Assembly: GCA_040882375.1 (NCBI GenBank)
Contig: JBBEBK010000054.1
Span: 1 to 32,383 of the forward strand
From: Chloroflexota bacterium
GTDB lineage: Bacteria > Chloroflexota > Limnocylindria > QHBO01
Direction of reading: 5' to 3'
Length of the DNA stretch: 32,383 nucleotides
The notes under the pieces were generated by a model, which was not told where the DNA came from, made no database searches, and saw only the letters and a list, made by a program, of their open reading frames with translations. The position numbers and the translations under genes are program-made. Positions 17,596 through 26,802 of the stretch are shown here, one piece after another (within the stretch, counting starts at the first letter, position 1; every line of letters starts with the position of its first letter).

Positions 17596-17741
17596 CGCTC
17601 GCCGGCGTCCCGCGGGAGCGTACTTCTCACCGGCTGGGGGCAAGGCGCTCGCGACGCTCCCCAGCCACCGCTCGCCGGCGTAGCTCTCCGGGGGTGAGAG
17701 ATACGGGGCCCTTCCCGGGGCACCAGGGTGCCGGGTGGGCC
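17596..17741. other. Structured intergenic element (nested inverted repeats and 13-bp direct repeat), class unknown
   Basis: Outer stem 17619-17631/17693-17705, inner perfect stem GGCTGGGG/CCCCAGCC 17632-17639/17659-17666, hairpin 17707-17741, and CGCTCGCCGGCGT at 17596 and 17669. Confidence 0.45.
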
Positions 17742-17809
17742 GGCCGCCGGATTGTGGGCTACTCTCGCGGCTGCGAGTCAAATGTTCCGTAGCGGGGGCA
17801 ACTCAGATC

Positions 17810-19711
17810 ATGTGCGGCATCGCCGGCGTCGTTGGTCCACATCCCACTCCGGAGTTGATCTCCGCGATGCTCGAGCGCATCTCGCACCGAGGCCCGGACG
17901 GCGTGGGCCAGGTCATTCGCGATGGTCGTGTTGGACTGGGACACCGGCGGCTTGCCATCATCGACCTGTCTGATGATGCGTCGCAGCCGATGCGCTCACC
18001 ATCGGGATGCGAGGTCATCCTCAACGGCGAGATCTACAACTACGTCGAACTGCGCGAAGAGCTTGCCAGCGGCGGAGTCACTTTCCGAACATCCAGCGAT
18101 ACCGAAGTGCTGCTTGCCGCCTACGATCGGTGGGGCGTCGATTGCCTGCGTCGCCTCAACGGGATGTTCGCCTTCGCGATCTACGATCCTGCCCGACGTA
18201 CGCTGCTCCTCGCGCGCGATCGATTCGGGGAGAAGCCGCTCTACTACCATCGGACGGGTGATGGGACCTTCCTGTTCGCCTCAGAGATCAAGGCGCTCCT
18301 GGCCCATCCGGGAGTCATGGCGCGAGCGCAAGGGCAATCGGTCTATCGGTTTCTTCGCCACAAGTTGACCGAGCTCGAGCCTGCGACCTTCTTCGAGGGC
18401 ATCGTTGCGCTGGCGCCCGCGCACTATCTCGAGCTGCAGGTGGACGACGGACATGAGGTCGTGCGGCGCTACTGGCAGCTGGACGGGTCGGTCCAAGATC
18501 CTCGGCCTCGCGACCAGTTGGTGGCAGCCTACCGCGATCTGCTGCAGGACTCCATCGGCATCCGCCTTCGGGCTGACGTCGCGGTGGGCTCGTCGCTGTC
18601 AGGTGGGATCGACTCGAGCTCGGTCGTGGGCTACCTCGCCCGGGGCCGCCACGTTGAACGTCAGCACACCTTCTCGGCTCGATTCCCCGGATGGCCGTTG
18701 GACGAGGGCCGGTACATCGCGGAAGTGATCGCTCTCAGCGGGGCGCACTCGCACGAAGTGGAGCCGGTTCCGGATCCCTCAGACCTCGAGAACGTGATCT
18801 GGCACCAGGATCAGCCATTCGGATCGCTGAGCATTTACGCGCAGTGGGCCGTCATGCGGCTTGCCCGAGAGCAGGGCGTCACCGTGCTCCTTGATGGGCA
18901 GGGCGCCGACGAGACCGTCGCGGGCTACCATTTCTACTTCAGCGCGCTCTTCCGATACCTCCTGCGAACGGGCAGGTGGTCGGAGCTCGCGCGCGAAGTT
19001 CGAGGCTTCTCTGCAGCGCACGGCCCGGCGCGACTCAGGGCGCTGGCGTTCTACGCGATGCCGGAGTCCGCGGCGCGCCTCCTCCGGAGGCTCCGCAGGG
19101 GGCCGGGCATCTCTCAAGCCTTCGCCCGGACTCAAGCAGCCGTGGCGAGCGCCCACGCGCTCTCCCCCCGGTTCCGAACCGACCTGGATGACATGCTTGC
19201 ATCGACACTGACCGAGACCGTGCTGCCGGGGTTGCTGCGCTATGCGGACCGCAACTCGATGGCTTTCAGCCGCGAGGTCCGACTCCCTTACCTCGACCAT
19301 CGACTCGTGGAGCTCGCATTCAGCCTGCCATGGGACATGAAGCTCCACCGCGGCCAGACGAAGCGGGTCCTTCGCGAGGCAATGGGCGACTACCTGCCCG
19401 AATCGGTACGGCATCGGATGGACAAGATCGGATACGCTCCGCCCCAGGCGGCCTGGCTCCGCGGTCCACTGTGCGAGTGGGGAGGCGACTTGCTGGCGTC
19501 CCGCTCGTTTGCCGAGCGCGAATGGAACGACGCACCGGCCATGCGCGCCATGTGGCGCGCGTTCCGCGACGGGAAGGATCATGTGGACGCGGACATTTGG
19601 CGATTTCTGTCAGTCGAAGCCTGGGCGCGGTCGTTCCTCGACCGTCCCGTGGAGACGGCTGGTCGGCGCGATGTGGCGCCGAGCGCGATTCAGGAGCGTA
19701 CCGGCCGATGA
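17810..19711 (+). CDS. asnB: Asparagine synthase (glutamine-hydrolysing)-like class II amidotransferase, probably glycan-amidating (633 aa)
   Basis: MCGIAG N-terminal nucleophile fixes the start at 17810. HRGPD, GHRRLAIID, NGEIYN, RDRFGEKPL, LSGGIDSS, LDGQGADE, DRNSMAFSREVRLPYLD. Confidence 0.92.
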   Translation: MCGIAGVVGPHPTPELISAMLERISHRGPDGVGQVIRDGRVGLGHRRLAIIDLSDDASQPMRSPSGCEVILNGEIYNYVELREELASGGVTFRTSSDTEVLLAAYDRWGVDCLRRLNGMFAFAIYDPARRTLLLARDRFGEKPLYYHRTGDGTFLFASEIKALLAHPGVMARAQGQSVYRFLRHKLTELEPATFFEGIVALAPAHYLELQVDDGHEVVRRYWQLDGSVQDPRPRDQLVAAYRDLLQDSIGIRLRADVAVGSSLSGGIDSSSVVGYLARGRHVERQHTFSARFPGWPLDEGRYIAEVIALSGAHSHEVEPVPDPSDLENVIWHQDQPFGSLSIYAQWAVMRLAREQGVTVLLDGQGADETVAGYHFYFSALFRYLLRTGRWSELAREVRGFSAAHGPARLRALAFYAMPESAARLLRRLRRGPGISQAFARTQAAVASAHALSPRFRTDLDDMLASTLTETVLPGLLRYADRNSMAFSREVRLPYLDHRLVELAFSLPWDMKLHRGQTKRVLREAMGDYLPESVRHRMDKIGYAPPQAAWLRGPLCEWGGDLLASRSFAEREWNDAPAMRAMWRAFRDGKDHVDADIWRFLSVEAWARSFLDRPVETAGRRDVAPSAIQERTGR

Positions 19712-20892
19712 GCGCCGCGGTGGCACCCATCCGGGTGACGATGTGCCTTCGCAACCCTTACACGCACGACTCCCGCGTGGAGAAGGAAGCCCGGACGCTC
19801 TCAGGCGCGGGGTACTCGGTCACGGTGGTGTGCAAGGCCGCCGCCGGCCTGCCGTCGGTCGAGGAACGAGACGGGATCCGTATCGTGCGCGTGGCTCCGC
19901 CAAGCCGTTGGATCCCTGGGTGGCGCTTCCTTCGTAACAGCCGGATTTTCGAACGCGCGCTCGAAGAGACCCGTCCCCAGATCCTGCACGCGCACGACAG
20001 TGACACGCTGGGGCCGGTGGCTGCCACCGCGCGGCGACTGGGCGTTCCATTCGTCTACGACGCGCACGAACTCTGGCTGGGTCAGGGGCGGTGGGGTCGT
20101 TCCTGGCTCTACTTCGCCCTCATGTACCTCTTCTTCTTCATCCTGGAACGGCGGCTCATCGGGCGCTCCGCGGCGCAAGTGACGGTGAGCCCACCGATTG
20201 CCCGCTGGCTTGAGCGGCGCTATCACCTGCGCCACGTCGAGTTGCTCGCGAACTATCCCGAGGCAGGTTCGGAATCCAGACGCGATCTGCGCACCCGCAT
20301 CGATCCGCAGGGCCTGCCACAGGGCGCACCGATCATCCTGTACCTGGGCGGACTGATGGAGGGGCGTGGGCTTGAAGCTCTTGTCCAGAGCATCCCCCTG
20401 CTGCGCAGCGGTGCCCACCTGGTGCTGCTCGGGCAGGGGGTGCTCGAAGTCAGTCTGCGGCGCCTCGCGGCGGAGTTGGGAGTCGACCAGCGCGTGCACT
20501 TGCTCACTCCGGTGCCACCCGATGAGGTCATCGGCTGGGCGGCCTCCGCCGACATCGGCGTGTCGCCGCTGGTTCCCTCCTCCCTCAACAACCGATACTC
20601 GTTGGGCAACAAGCTGTTCCAGTACATGGCGGCGGGACTGCCGGTGGTCGCCAGTGACTTCCCGCAGGTGCGCGACGTGGTGGTCGGCAGCGAAGCGGGA
20701 CTCTGTGTCGATACGACCGATCCGCGACAGTTCGCCTCGGCCATCGACGGCCTGCTGGCCGACCGGGATCGCCTCCGCGCCATGGGCCGCAACGCTCGTC
20801 GGGCAGTCGAGGAGCGCTACAACTGGGACGTGTCGGCGCGGACACTGCTGGAGGTCTACCGATCGCTTGGCGTCGAGATCGCGGCCACCTGA
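19708..20892 (+). CDS. Glycosyltransferase family 4 (394 aa)
   Basis: ATGA overlap with asnB. DSRVEKEA, LHAHD, VYDAHE, YLGGLMEGRGL, GNKLFQYMAAGLPVVASDF, YNW. Confidence 0.9.
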   Translation: MSAAVAPIRVTMCLRNPYTHDSRVEKEARTLSGAGYSVTVVCKAAAGLPSVEERDGIRIVRVAPPSRWIPGWRFLRNSRIFERALEETRPQILHAHDSDTLGPVAATARRLGVPFVYDAHELWLGQGRWGRSWLYFALMYLFFFILERRLIGRSAAQVTVSPPIARWLERRYHLRHVELLANYPEAGSESRRDLRTRIDPQGLPQGAPIILYLGGLMEGRGLEALVQSIPLLRSGAHLVLLGQGVLEVSLRRLAAELGVDQRVHLLTPVPPDEVIGWAASADIGVSPLVPSSLNNRYSLGNKLFQYMAAGLPVVASDFPQVRDVVVGSEAGLCVDTTDPRQFASAIDGLLADRDRLRAMGRNARRAVEERYNWDVSARTLLEVYRSLGVEIAAT

Positions 20893-20920
20893 CGCGGAGT
20901 CGCAGGGCGCCCGTCGACGC

Positions 20921-22378
20921 TTATGAAGACGGCCCGCGGCCGCTAGGCAGTGCCGCGCGGAGCACGGCGAGATCGTCCCAGCGCACGACTCGAAGGAGGA
21001 TCACAAGGACGGGATAGGCCCCGATGCAACCGAGCCGCCAGACGATGTGGTCCGGACCGAGCAGCGCGGCGGCGGCGAGACCCATGGCCAGTGCGAGGCC
21101 TCCCGCAATGCGCGGGATATCCCACGGCACCGGGTAGTAGCGCTGGCCGGCGGCCGTGGTGGACACGGCGAGCAGGCCATAACTGAGCAGGGTTGAGACG
21201 GCCGCACCCAGGTAGCCGATGCTGGGGATGAGCACGAGGTTCAACGCCACGTTCGCGATCGCGGAAGCCCACAGCGTGACGGGCAGGACACCCGTGCGGC
21301 CCTCGATGTTCAGGCCGGTGGCGCCAATGCTGTAGATGCCGTTCAGGACGTAGGCGAACGCGCTGAATGGCACCACGAAGCGGCTTGGCTCGAACTCAGG
21401 TCGGAAGAGGAGGCGCAGTGCGTCCGTGCTCAGCGCGGAGAGGCCGAGCCCGATGAATCCGGCGAGGATCACGAATCCGGTCATCACGCGGGCGTAGGTC
21501 TGGCGAGCGCCTGGCTTGCTCGCAATCTCCCAGAAGGTGGCCGCCCAGGCGAGGCTGAAGGGTGCGACGGCGAGCGCGTTGATCACCAGGCCGATGGTGT
21601 AGCCCGCTGAGTAGATCCCGACCGCCTGGTTGCCAAAAAAGGCCTGCAACAGGTAGCGGTCGGACAGGTTCAGGGTCCAGGCCGCCACCGAGGCCGGTAC
21701 CAGGGGCAGCGAGAAGACGAGCATGTGGTTGATCAGCGGCCGGTCCAATGCCATGCCGATGCGGCCAGCTCGAGCGAGGACCACCACTCCGGCCGCGGCA
21801 ACGACGATGGCTGAGATCAGGGATCCGAGGACGACCCCGAGGACCCCCATATCCAGCACGACCACGAAGAAGATGATCATCACGCTGCCCAGCACCGCGC
21901 GGGTGAATGACAGCGCGGCGTACGCCGCTGCGTGGCGCTCTGCCCTCAGGAATGACAGCGGCACGAGATTGAGTGTGTCGCAGAAGACAATCGGCCCGAT
22001 GAAGAGCAGGATCGGCAGGTGGGCCATGTTCCCGAAGAGAAGCCCGGTGAGCGGGAATGCGAGCAGCACGAGGACCGCCAATCCGACCAGCGACGTCACC
22101 AGGCGCAGCCCCAGCGTCGTTCGCAGCACGAATGCGCGACCGTGCTCGTCGGCATTCTCCATGAGATATGAGCGGAAGAAGGCCTGCGGCAGGGCCAGGG
22201 TCACGATGCTCGTCGCGAAGGCCAAGGTGGTATTGACGAGTGCCAGCGTCCCGTAGTTTTCTACCCCGAGAACGTTGGCATAGATGGGGACGAGGATGAC
22301 GGCCAGCGCCTGGTTGGCCACACCGCCAAGCCCATAGATCGCCGAATCGAGGACGAGCCGGCGCGGTAGGGAGGTCAC
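20921..22378 (-). CDS. Wzx-type polysaccharide flippase (MOP family), 485 aa
   Basis: DSAIYGLG, LVPIYANVLGVENYG, FSLPL, SDRYLL..AVGIYSAGY, LNLVLIPSIGYLGAA; 12+ TM segments. GTG start 22378 overlaps the upstream stop (GTGA). Confidence 0.88.
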   Translation of the reverse strand: MTSLPRRLVLDSAIYGLGGVANQALAVILVPIYANVLGVENYGTLALVNTTLAFATSIVTLALPQAFFRSYLMENADEHGRAFVLRTTLGLRLVTSLVGLAVLVLLAFPLTGLLFGNMAHLPILLFIGPIVFCDTLNLVPLSFLRAERHAAAYAALSFTRAVLGSVMIIFFVVVLDMGVLGVVLGSLISAIVVAAAGVVVLARAGRIGMALDRPLINHMLVFSLPLVPASVAAWTLNLSDRYLLQAFFGNQAVGIYSAGYTIGLVINALAVAPFSLAWAATFWEIASKPGARQTYARVMTGFVILAGFIGLGLSALSTDALRLLFRPEFEPSRFVVPFSAFAYVLNGIYSIGATGLNIEGRTGVLPVTLWASAIANVALNLVLIPSIGYLGAAVSTLLSYGLLAVSTTAAGQRYYPVPWDIPRIAGGLALAMGLAAAALLGPDHIVWRLGCIGAYPVLVILLRVVRWDDLAVLRAALPSGRGPSS

Positions 22379-23685
22379 CGGCTCAGTTCCAGGAGCCGGG
22401 ACTCCAATGCCGGGTTGTGGTCCATGGCGAGGGCTGGGGCTCCCCATCGGGCAACCAACGCATGCAACACTTCGCGCAGCTGATCCTTGCTGATCCCCCA
22501 GCCGAGGACGTATCGCAGATCCGCTGGATCGCAGATCCACTCGGCGGGAATCTCTCCGCGCGCGATCTGCAGGTACCGGCGCGCGACATCGGCCCGGGAC
22601 CACCGATCGCGGACGAACGACTGGGCCGCCGCGCCCACCTCGCGCCTTTGCCCCTCGTTGCCGGCAAGCTCGAGCAGCGTTGCGCAGAATCGCTCCGGCG
22701 TCACGAAGCAGGTCGGAGGCAGCAGATCCGGTGGCACGTCGCTGTAGATTTGGTCCGCGAGGTACCCGCCCACCAGCACCGGACGACCCAGGTACGCCGC
22801 CTCGGTGCCGAAGACGGCGAGGGGGGTGTCGCTGTACATCTCGTCCACGATCAGTTGGGACTCATCGATGGCCGCCCGGACCTCGCGGTTTGGGCGGCCG
22901 GTGATCTCGACGTAGTCGTACAGGATGCCGGCTTGCCGCAGCCGCTCGAGGCAGGCCCGGATCGCGTCGGTCCCTTTGGCGGGATCAGACGGAGCGTGGA
23001 GGATTCGCAGGCCGCCGCCGGTGAAGACCGGCTCGGACCGGTCCTGCCTGCTCGCGAGTTCCTCGTCCGGCGCTCCGCAGGGGATGCCGACGGCCAGGAG
23101 GTTCACAAACGAGCGGGCATGGAACTGGGCCGATGCGCTCAAGGCGACGAGGGCGTTGGCATGTCGCTCGATCCGGCGCACGGTCTTCCGTCGCACCCAC
23201 GCACCGGTGACAAGCGAGCGGTACCCGTCGTCGTCCGTCCAGCCTGCCTCGCGGACCGCCCGGCCGTTGAGGTAGGGCGGTCGGTGATCCGAGCCCAGGA
23301 AGACCCACACCACGCGCTTGCCAAGCGCCTTCAGGATCGGCAGATCGGCATTTCGACGGAGCAGGCTTTCGCGTCCGGCAAAGATGAAGAGATCCGCGTG
23401 GATGGCCGCCCAGGCGAAGATGACGAGGTCGAGTGGCCCGCCGACGACCAGCCACAGGTACCAGCGAATCGATCGACGGCGGTGTGCCCCGAGCCGCCGA
23501 TGGGCCAGATCGCTCCATCGACTGAGCCTCGGCACGGACCTCCGGCCCCCATAGTCGAATGGGTGTTCCGGCAGGTCCAGGTAATGACAGCGGTGCCCCA
23601 GCTCCTGGAATCCGCGCTGGAGGTTGGCGAGATAGCCTGCCGTCTCGGCCATGCCGAGGAGGACGCGTGGTCGAGGCGCGGCCAC
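22375..23685 (-). CDS. Putative glycosyltransferase (divergent GT-B fold), 436 aa
   Basis: ILHAPSDPAKGTDAI, IVDEMYSDTPLAVFGTEAAYLGRPVL, QSFVRDRWS resemble a GT-B C-terminal domain. Operonic between the aminotransferase and the flippase. Confidence 0.65.
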   Translation of the reverse strand: MAAPRPRVLLGMAETAGYLANLQRGFQELGHRCHYLDLPEHPFDYGGRRSVPRLSRWSDLAHRRLGAHRRRSIRWYLWLVVGGPLDLVIFAWAAIHADLFIFAGRESLLRRNADLPILKALGKRVVWVFLGSDHRPPYLNGRAVREAGWTDDDGYRSLVTGAWVRRKTVRRIERHANALVALSASAQFHARSFVNLLAVGIPCGAPDEELASRQDRSEPVFTGGGLRILHAPSDPAKGTDAIRACLERLRQAGILYDYVEITGRPNREVRAAIDESQLIVDEMYSDTPLAVFGTEAAYLGRPVLVGGYLADQIYSDVPPDLLPPTCFVTPERFCATLLELAGNEGQRREVGAAAQSFVRDRWSRADVARRYLQIARGEIPAEWICDPADLRYVLGWGISKDQLREVLHALVARWGAPALAMDHNPALESRLLELSR

Positions 23686-23692
23686 CGCCTTA

Positions 23693-24817
23693 CTAGTGGC
23701 GCACGGCCGAGGTCACCTGGGAGACGACATGGGCAACCTCGTCAGCCCCGATCCCCGGGTGGAGCGGTAGCGAGAGCGTGCTGGTGAACGCACGGGACGA
23801 ATGCGGGATATCACCGGGACTGAACCCATACGTCCTCGCGAAGAATGGCTGCGCATGGAGGGCATAGGTGCCCAGGGTCGTCTCGATGCCCGCTCCAGCG
23901 AGATTGGCGATGACTCCATCCCGGTCCACCTGCGGGTCAAGCAGGACGACGTAGGACTGGTAGGTGTGACGCCTGCCCGCAGGCACCTGCGGTCGCCGAA
24001 CCCATTCCAGGCCGGCATCATCCAGCGCCTCGTCGTACCAGGCGGCGACGCGCCGCCGGGCCTCCAGCATCAGATCCAGCTTGCGCATCTGCGCCACGCC
24101 GACCGCGGCGAGGATGTCGCTCAATCGGTAGTTGAAGCCCGCCTCCTCGAAGACATACCTTCCGCCGGAGCGTGCGCCGCCGTGGTTGCGAAGCAGGCCG
24201 ACCCGATCGGCAAAGGCATCATCCGAGGTCGTGATCATGCCGCCTTCACCAGTCGTGATCGACTTCCGGGGATGGAAGCTGAAGCAGCCTGCAAGACCGA
24301 TGCTGCCGGCCTGGCGGCCGGAGTACTCGGCGCCCAGCGCGCAGGCCGCATCCTCGATCACCGCGAGTCCGTGGGCCGCCGCAAGTTCCATGATCGGATC
24401 CATGTCTGCTGGCAGGCCGAACGGATGCACCGGGATGATCGCCCGAGATCGCGGGGTGATCTTGGCAGCCAGGTCCACCGGGTCGACCGCGAAGGTCTCC
24501 AGGTCGATGTCAACCAGGACGGGTGTCGCCCGCTGCTGCACGACGACGTTGGCGGTGGCCGGGAAGGTGAAGTCCGGGACCAGCACCTCGTCGCCGGGCC
24601 CGACCCCGAGTGCCGCCAGCGAGAGCTGCAGTGCGGTCGTGGCCGAGGTCACCGCAATACCATGCGGCACGCCGACCCGCTCGGCGACCATCGATTCGAA
24701 CGCTGCCACCTTCGGCCCCTGGGTGAGCCATCCGCTGGCCAACACCTCGCGAATCTCGGCAATCTCGGCCTCATCGGTCTGGGGCCGCGCCAGCCAGATA
24801 CGACGTTCAACTGCCAT
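23693..24817 (-). CDS. DegT/DnrJ/EryC1/StrS family NDP-sugar aminotransferase
   Basis: SGWLTQGP, VTSATTAL, PDFTFPATAN, IEDAACALG, FSFHPRKSITTGEGG (PLP lysine), GFNYRL, LSLPLHP. Confidence 0.93.
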   Translation of the reverse strand: MAVERRIWLARPQTDEAEIAEIREVLASGWLTQGPKVAAFESMVAERVGVPHGIAVTSATTALQLSLAALGVGPGDEVLVPDFTFPATANVVVQQRATPVLVDIDLETFAVDPVDLAAKITPRSRAIIPVHPFGLPADMDPIMELAAAHGLAVIEDAACALGAEYSGRQAGSIGLAGCFSFHPRKSITTGEGGMITTSDDAFADRVGLLRNHGGARSGGRYVFEEAGFNYRLSDILAAVGVAQMRKLDLMLEARRRVAAWYDEALDDAGLEWVRRPQVPAGRRHTYQSYVVLLDPQVDRDGVIANLAGAGIETTLGTYALHAQPFFARTYGFSPGDIPHSSRAFTSTLSLPLHPGIGADEVAHVVSQVTSAVRH

Positions 24818-24958
24818 TGGCGATCAGCTCCGTCTTTCCCGCGAGGGTCGGTTGGCCGGCCACTCAGCTCTCCTGTGGCGGTGCGGCCGATGGTAGCGCA
24901 GAACCGAGGGCGCCAAGGTGCGCACGCGGGGCATGCGGACGGGTATGCTCGGGCAACG

Positions 24959-25513
24959 ATGACCGCCCCGCTTGAAGAAGCTCTCTCGGAGGTATATCGC
25001 GCTCTTCGCGGGCAGATGCGCGACCGCTGGGATCGGGACCTGCCATTCCAGGAGCTGCTCACCGACCGCTGGGAGCGGGCGAAGAGCCTTGGCTTTGGCG
25101 AGGGCTCCAGCATTTACCAGTCGGCCTACGTCTACGGGGAGATCAGGGTCGGCGGCGGCACCTGGATCGGCCCCATGGTGCTGCTCGATGGCAGCGGCGG
25201 GTTGAGCATCGGAGCCGGCTGCGACATCAGCGCCGGCGTGCAGATCTACACGCATGACACCGTGCAGCGGGTACTCAGCGAAGGGCGCGCAGATATCCAG
25301 AGGGCCCCGGTCACGGTCGAAGACCACTGTCATATCGGCGCGCAAACAGTGGTGGCCAAGGGTGTAACGATCGGCCACCACTCGGTCATTGGCGCCAGCT
25401 CGTTTGTCAACCGCGACATCCCGCCGTACAGCGTGGCGGTGGGCGTGCCGTGCCGGCCGATCGGCCGCGTCGTGGTGGCCCCCGACGGAGGCGTCACCCT
25501 GGTCTACGACTGA
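24959..25513 (+). CDS. Hexapeptide-repeat (LbH) acyltransferase, 184 aa
   Basis: Repeats VGGGTWIG, IGAGCDISAGVQIYTH, HIGAQTVVAKGVTIGHHSVIGASSFV, VAVGVPCRPI. Start ATG 24959. Confidence 0.88.
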   Translation: MTAPLEEALSEVYRALRGQMRDRWDRDLPFQELLTDRWERAKSLGFGEGSSIYQSAYVYGEIRVGGGTWIGPMVLLDGSGGLSIGAGCDISAGVQIYTHDTVQRVLSEGRADIQRAPVTVEDHCHIGAQTVVAKGVTIGHHSVIGASSFVNRDIPPYSVAVGVPCRPIGRVVVAPDGGVTLVYD

Positions 25514-26745
25514 AGCGTTGGTGCTGGCTCGGGCTCCCGCACGGCGTCGGGCAGCGCCACGCCGGGATCGGGGCGAGTGAACTTCAGGTAGAAGCTCTTC
25601 GGCACGCGATCGAGCCGGTAGAGGAGCCAGAAGAGCGGGCGGAGCCGCTCGAAGGTGCGCTTGTAGGTCGGAAATTCGCTGTAGTGATGGTGCGGCAGGC
25701 GCATCACCGCGTCGAACTCCTCATCGGTGAAGCGCAATCGCTTCTTGACGAGGGCCAGGATCTCGAGGTCGATCTCGGGCGGCGTCTGCAGGTCGACAAG
25801 CGCCGCCTCGCGGTCGAGCTGGCCGGAGCGGACAAGCGCCGCGTGGCCGAGCTGGCGCGCATCGATCCCGTAGCGTACGGGCAGGAGATACGTGTGCCAG
25901 AACGCGGTGAAGCGGTTCTCGAGGTGGTGGCCGCCATACCACTGCCAGTTCAGCTCCCTGACCAGGAGCCGCTTCGCGTCGTCCTTCTGGTAGTCCATGT
26001 AATAGAGGGGCCGGATGCGGCGGATGTTGCGGACCGCGGCCCAACGCAGGAAGTCTTTCAGCCAGAGGTTCGGGTAGGTCTCCATCGGCCGGGTGCCGAA
26101 CTTCTTGTGGACTGATGCGATGTACCTGCCATCCATGTAGATCCAGCCCAGTGGGGCGATCCCCTCGGTCCGGAAGGAGTGGCCCTCGATGATGTACTTG
26201 ACGCCGTGCTTCTCGGCAGCTCGGTAGAGGGTTGCCGCAAGGCCGATGTCGGTCGGAGCCTCAACGTCCTTGACGCCGGCGAGCATGAAGGCGCGGTAGA
26301 TGTCGTCGTACTCGCGGTTGTTGACGACGTAGGTGTCCAGCTCGACCCCGAGCTTCTCCAGGACGTTGTAGATGTTTGTCGTCGCGATCGGCGAGTTCCA
26401 GGTGTTGTCGAAGTGGACGGCCAGCGGGCGGAGGCCGTACTCGACCATCCTGTAGAGCATGTACGACGAGTCGCAGCCGCCACTCACCCCGACCACGCAG
26501 TCGTACTTCCTGCCGCGGCCCGCCTCCCGGATCCGCGCGACCATCCGCTGCAAGATGCGTTCCCCCTCAGCCCCCGTGGGGTACTGGCGCTCCATCGCGT
26601 CGTGGAGGTGGCAGTAGTTGCAGATCCCGTCGGCGTCGAAGCTGATCCCGGGCGTGTGCTCGTCGTATACGCAGCGGGCGCAGATGCGCCCGCGGAGGGG
26701 GGTCAAGGCAAGTCGGTCCTGATGCGGCTGTCTTGGCCCAAGCAT
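25504..26745 (-). CDS. N-acetyl sugar amidotransferase (WbuX/WbpG/PseA family)
   Basis: CARC and CNYC motifs, KYDCVVGVSGGCDSS PP-loop, LRPLAVHFDNTWN, WQWYGGHHLEN. Start is either ATG 26745 or TTG 26706. Confidence 0.88.
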   Translation of the reverse strand: MLGPRQPHQDRLALTPLRGRICARCVYDEHTPGISFDADGICNYCHLHDAMERQYPTGAEGERILQRMVARIREAGRGRKYDCVVGVSGGCDSSYMLYRMVEYGLRPLAVHFDNTWNSPIATTNIYNVLEKLGVELDTYVVNNREYDDIYRAFMLAGVKDVEAPTDIGLAATLYRAAEKHGVKYIIEGHSFRTEGIAPLGWIYMDGRYIASVHKKFGTRPMETYPNLWLKDFLRWAAVRNIRRIRPLYYMDYQKDDAKRLLVRELNWQWYGGHHLENRFTAFWHTYLLPVRYGIDARQLGHAALVRSGQLDREAALVDLQTPPEIDLEILALVKKRLRFTDEEFDAVMRLPHHHYSEFPTYKRTFERLRPLFWLLYRLDRVPKSFYLKFTRPDPGVALPDAVREPEPAPTLQS

Positions 26746-26802
26746 AGCGTGGGATACTTCGGCCGTCCGCAGGCGGGGAGGAGTCTTCGATGGAGCAGCA
26801 GA

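Noticed and set aside
17428-17781. 117-aa minus-strand ORF and other small ORFs across the glnA-asnB intergenic region; also 6S, SRP, tmRNA or RNase P identity
   Set aside because: The ORFs run through the tandem repeat and lack an SD or motifs. The hallmark sequences of those RNAs are not present.
17735-17809. Upstream extension of asnB (and similar extensions of the ORFs at 19330, 22603, 23801, 26179, 27195)
   Set aside because: Class II amidotransferases need Cys at position 2 (MCG at 17810). The other extensions overlap neighbouring genes and lack homology-like content.
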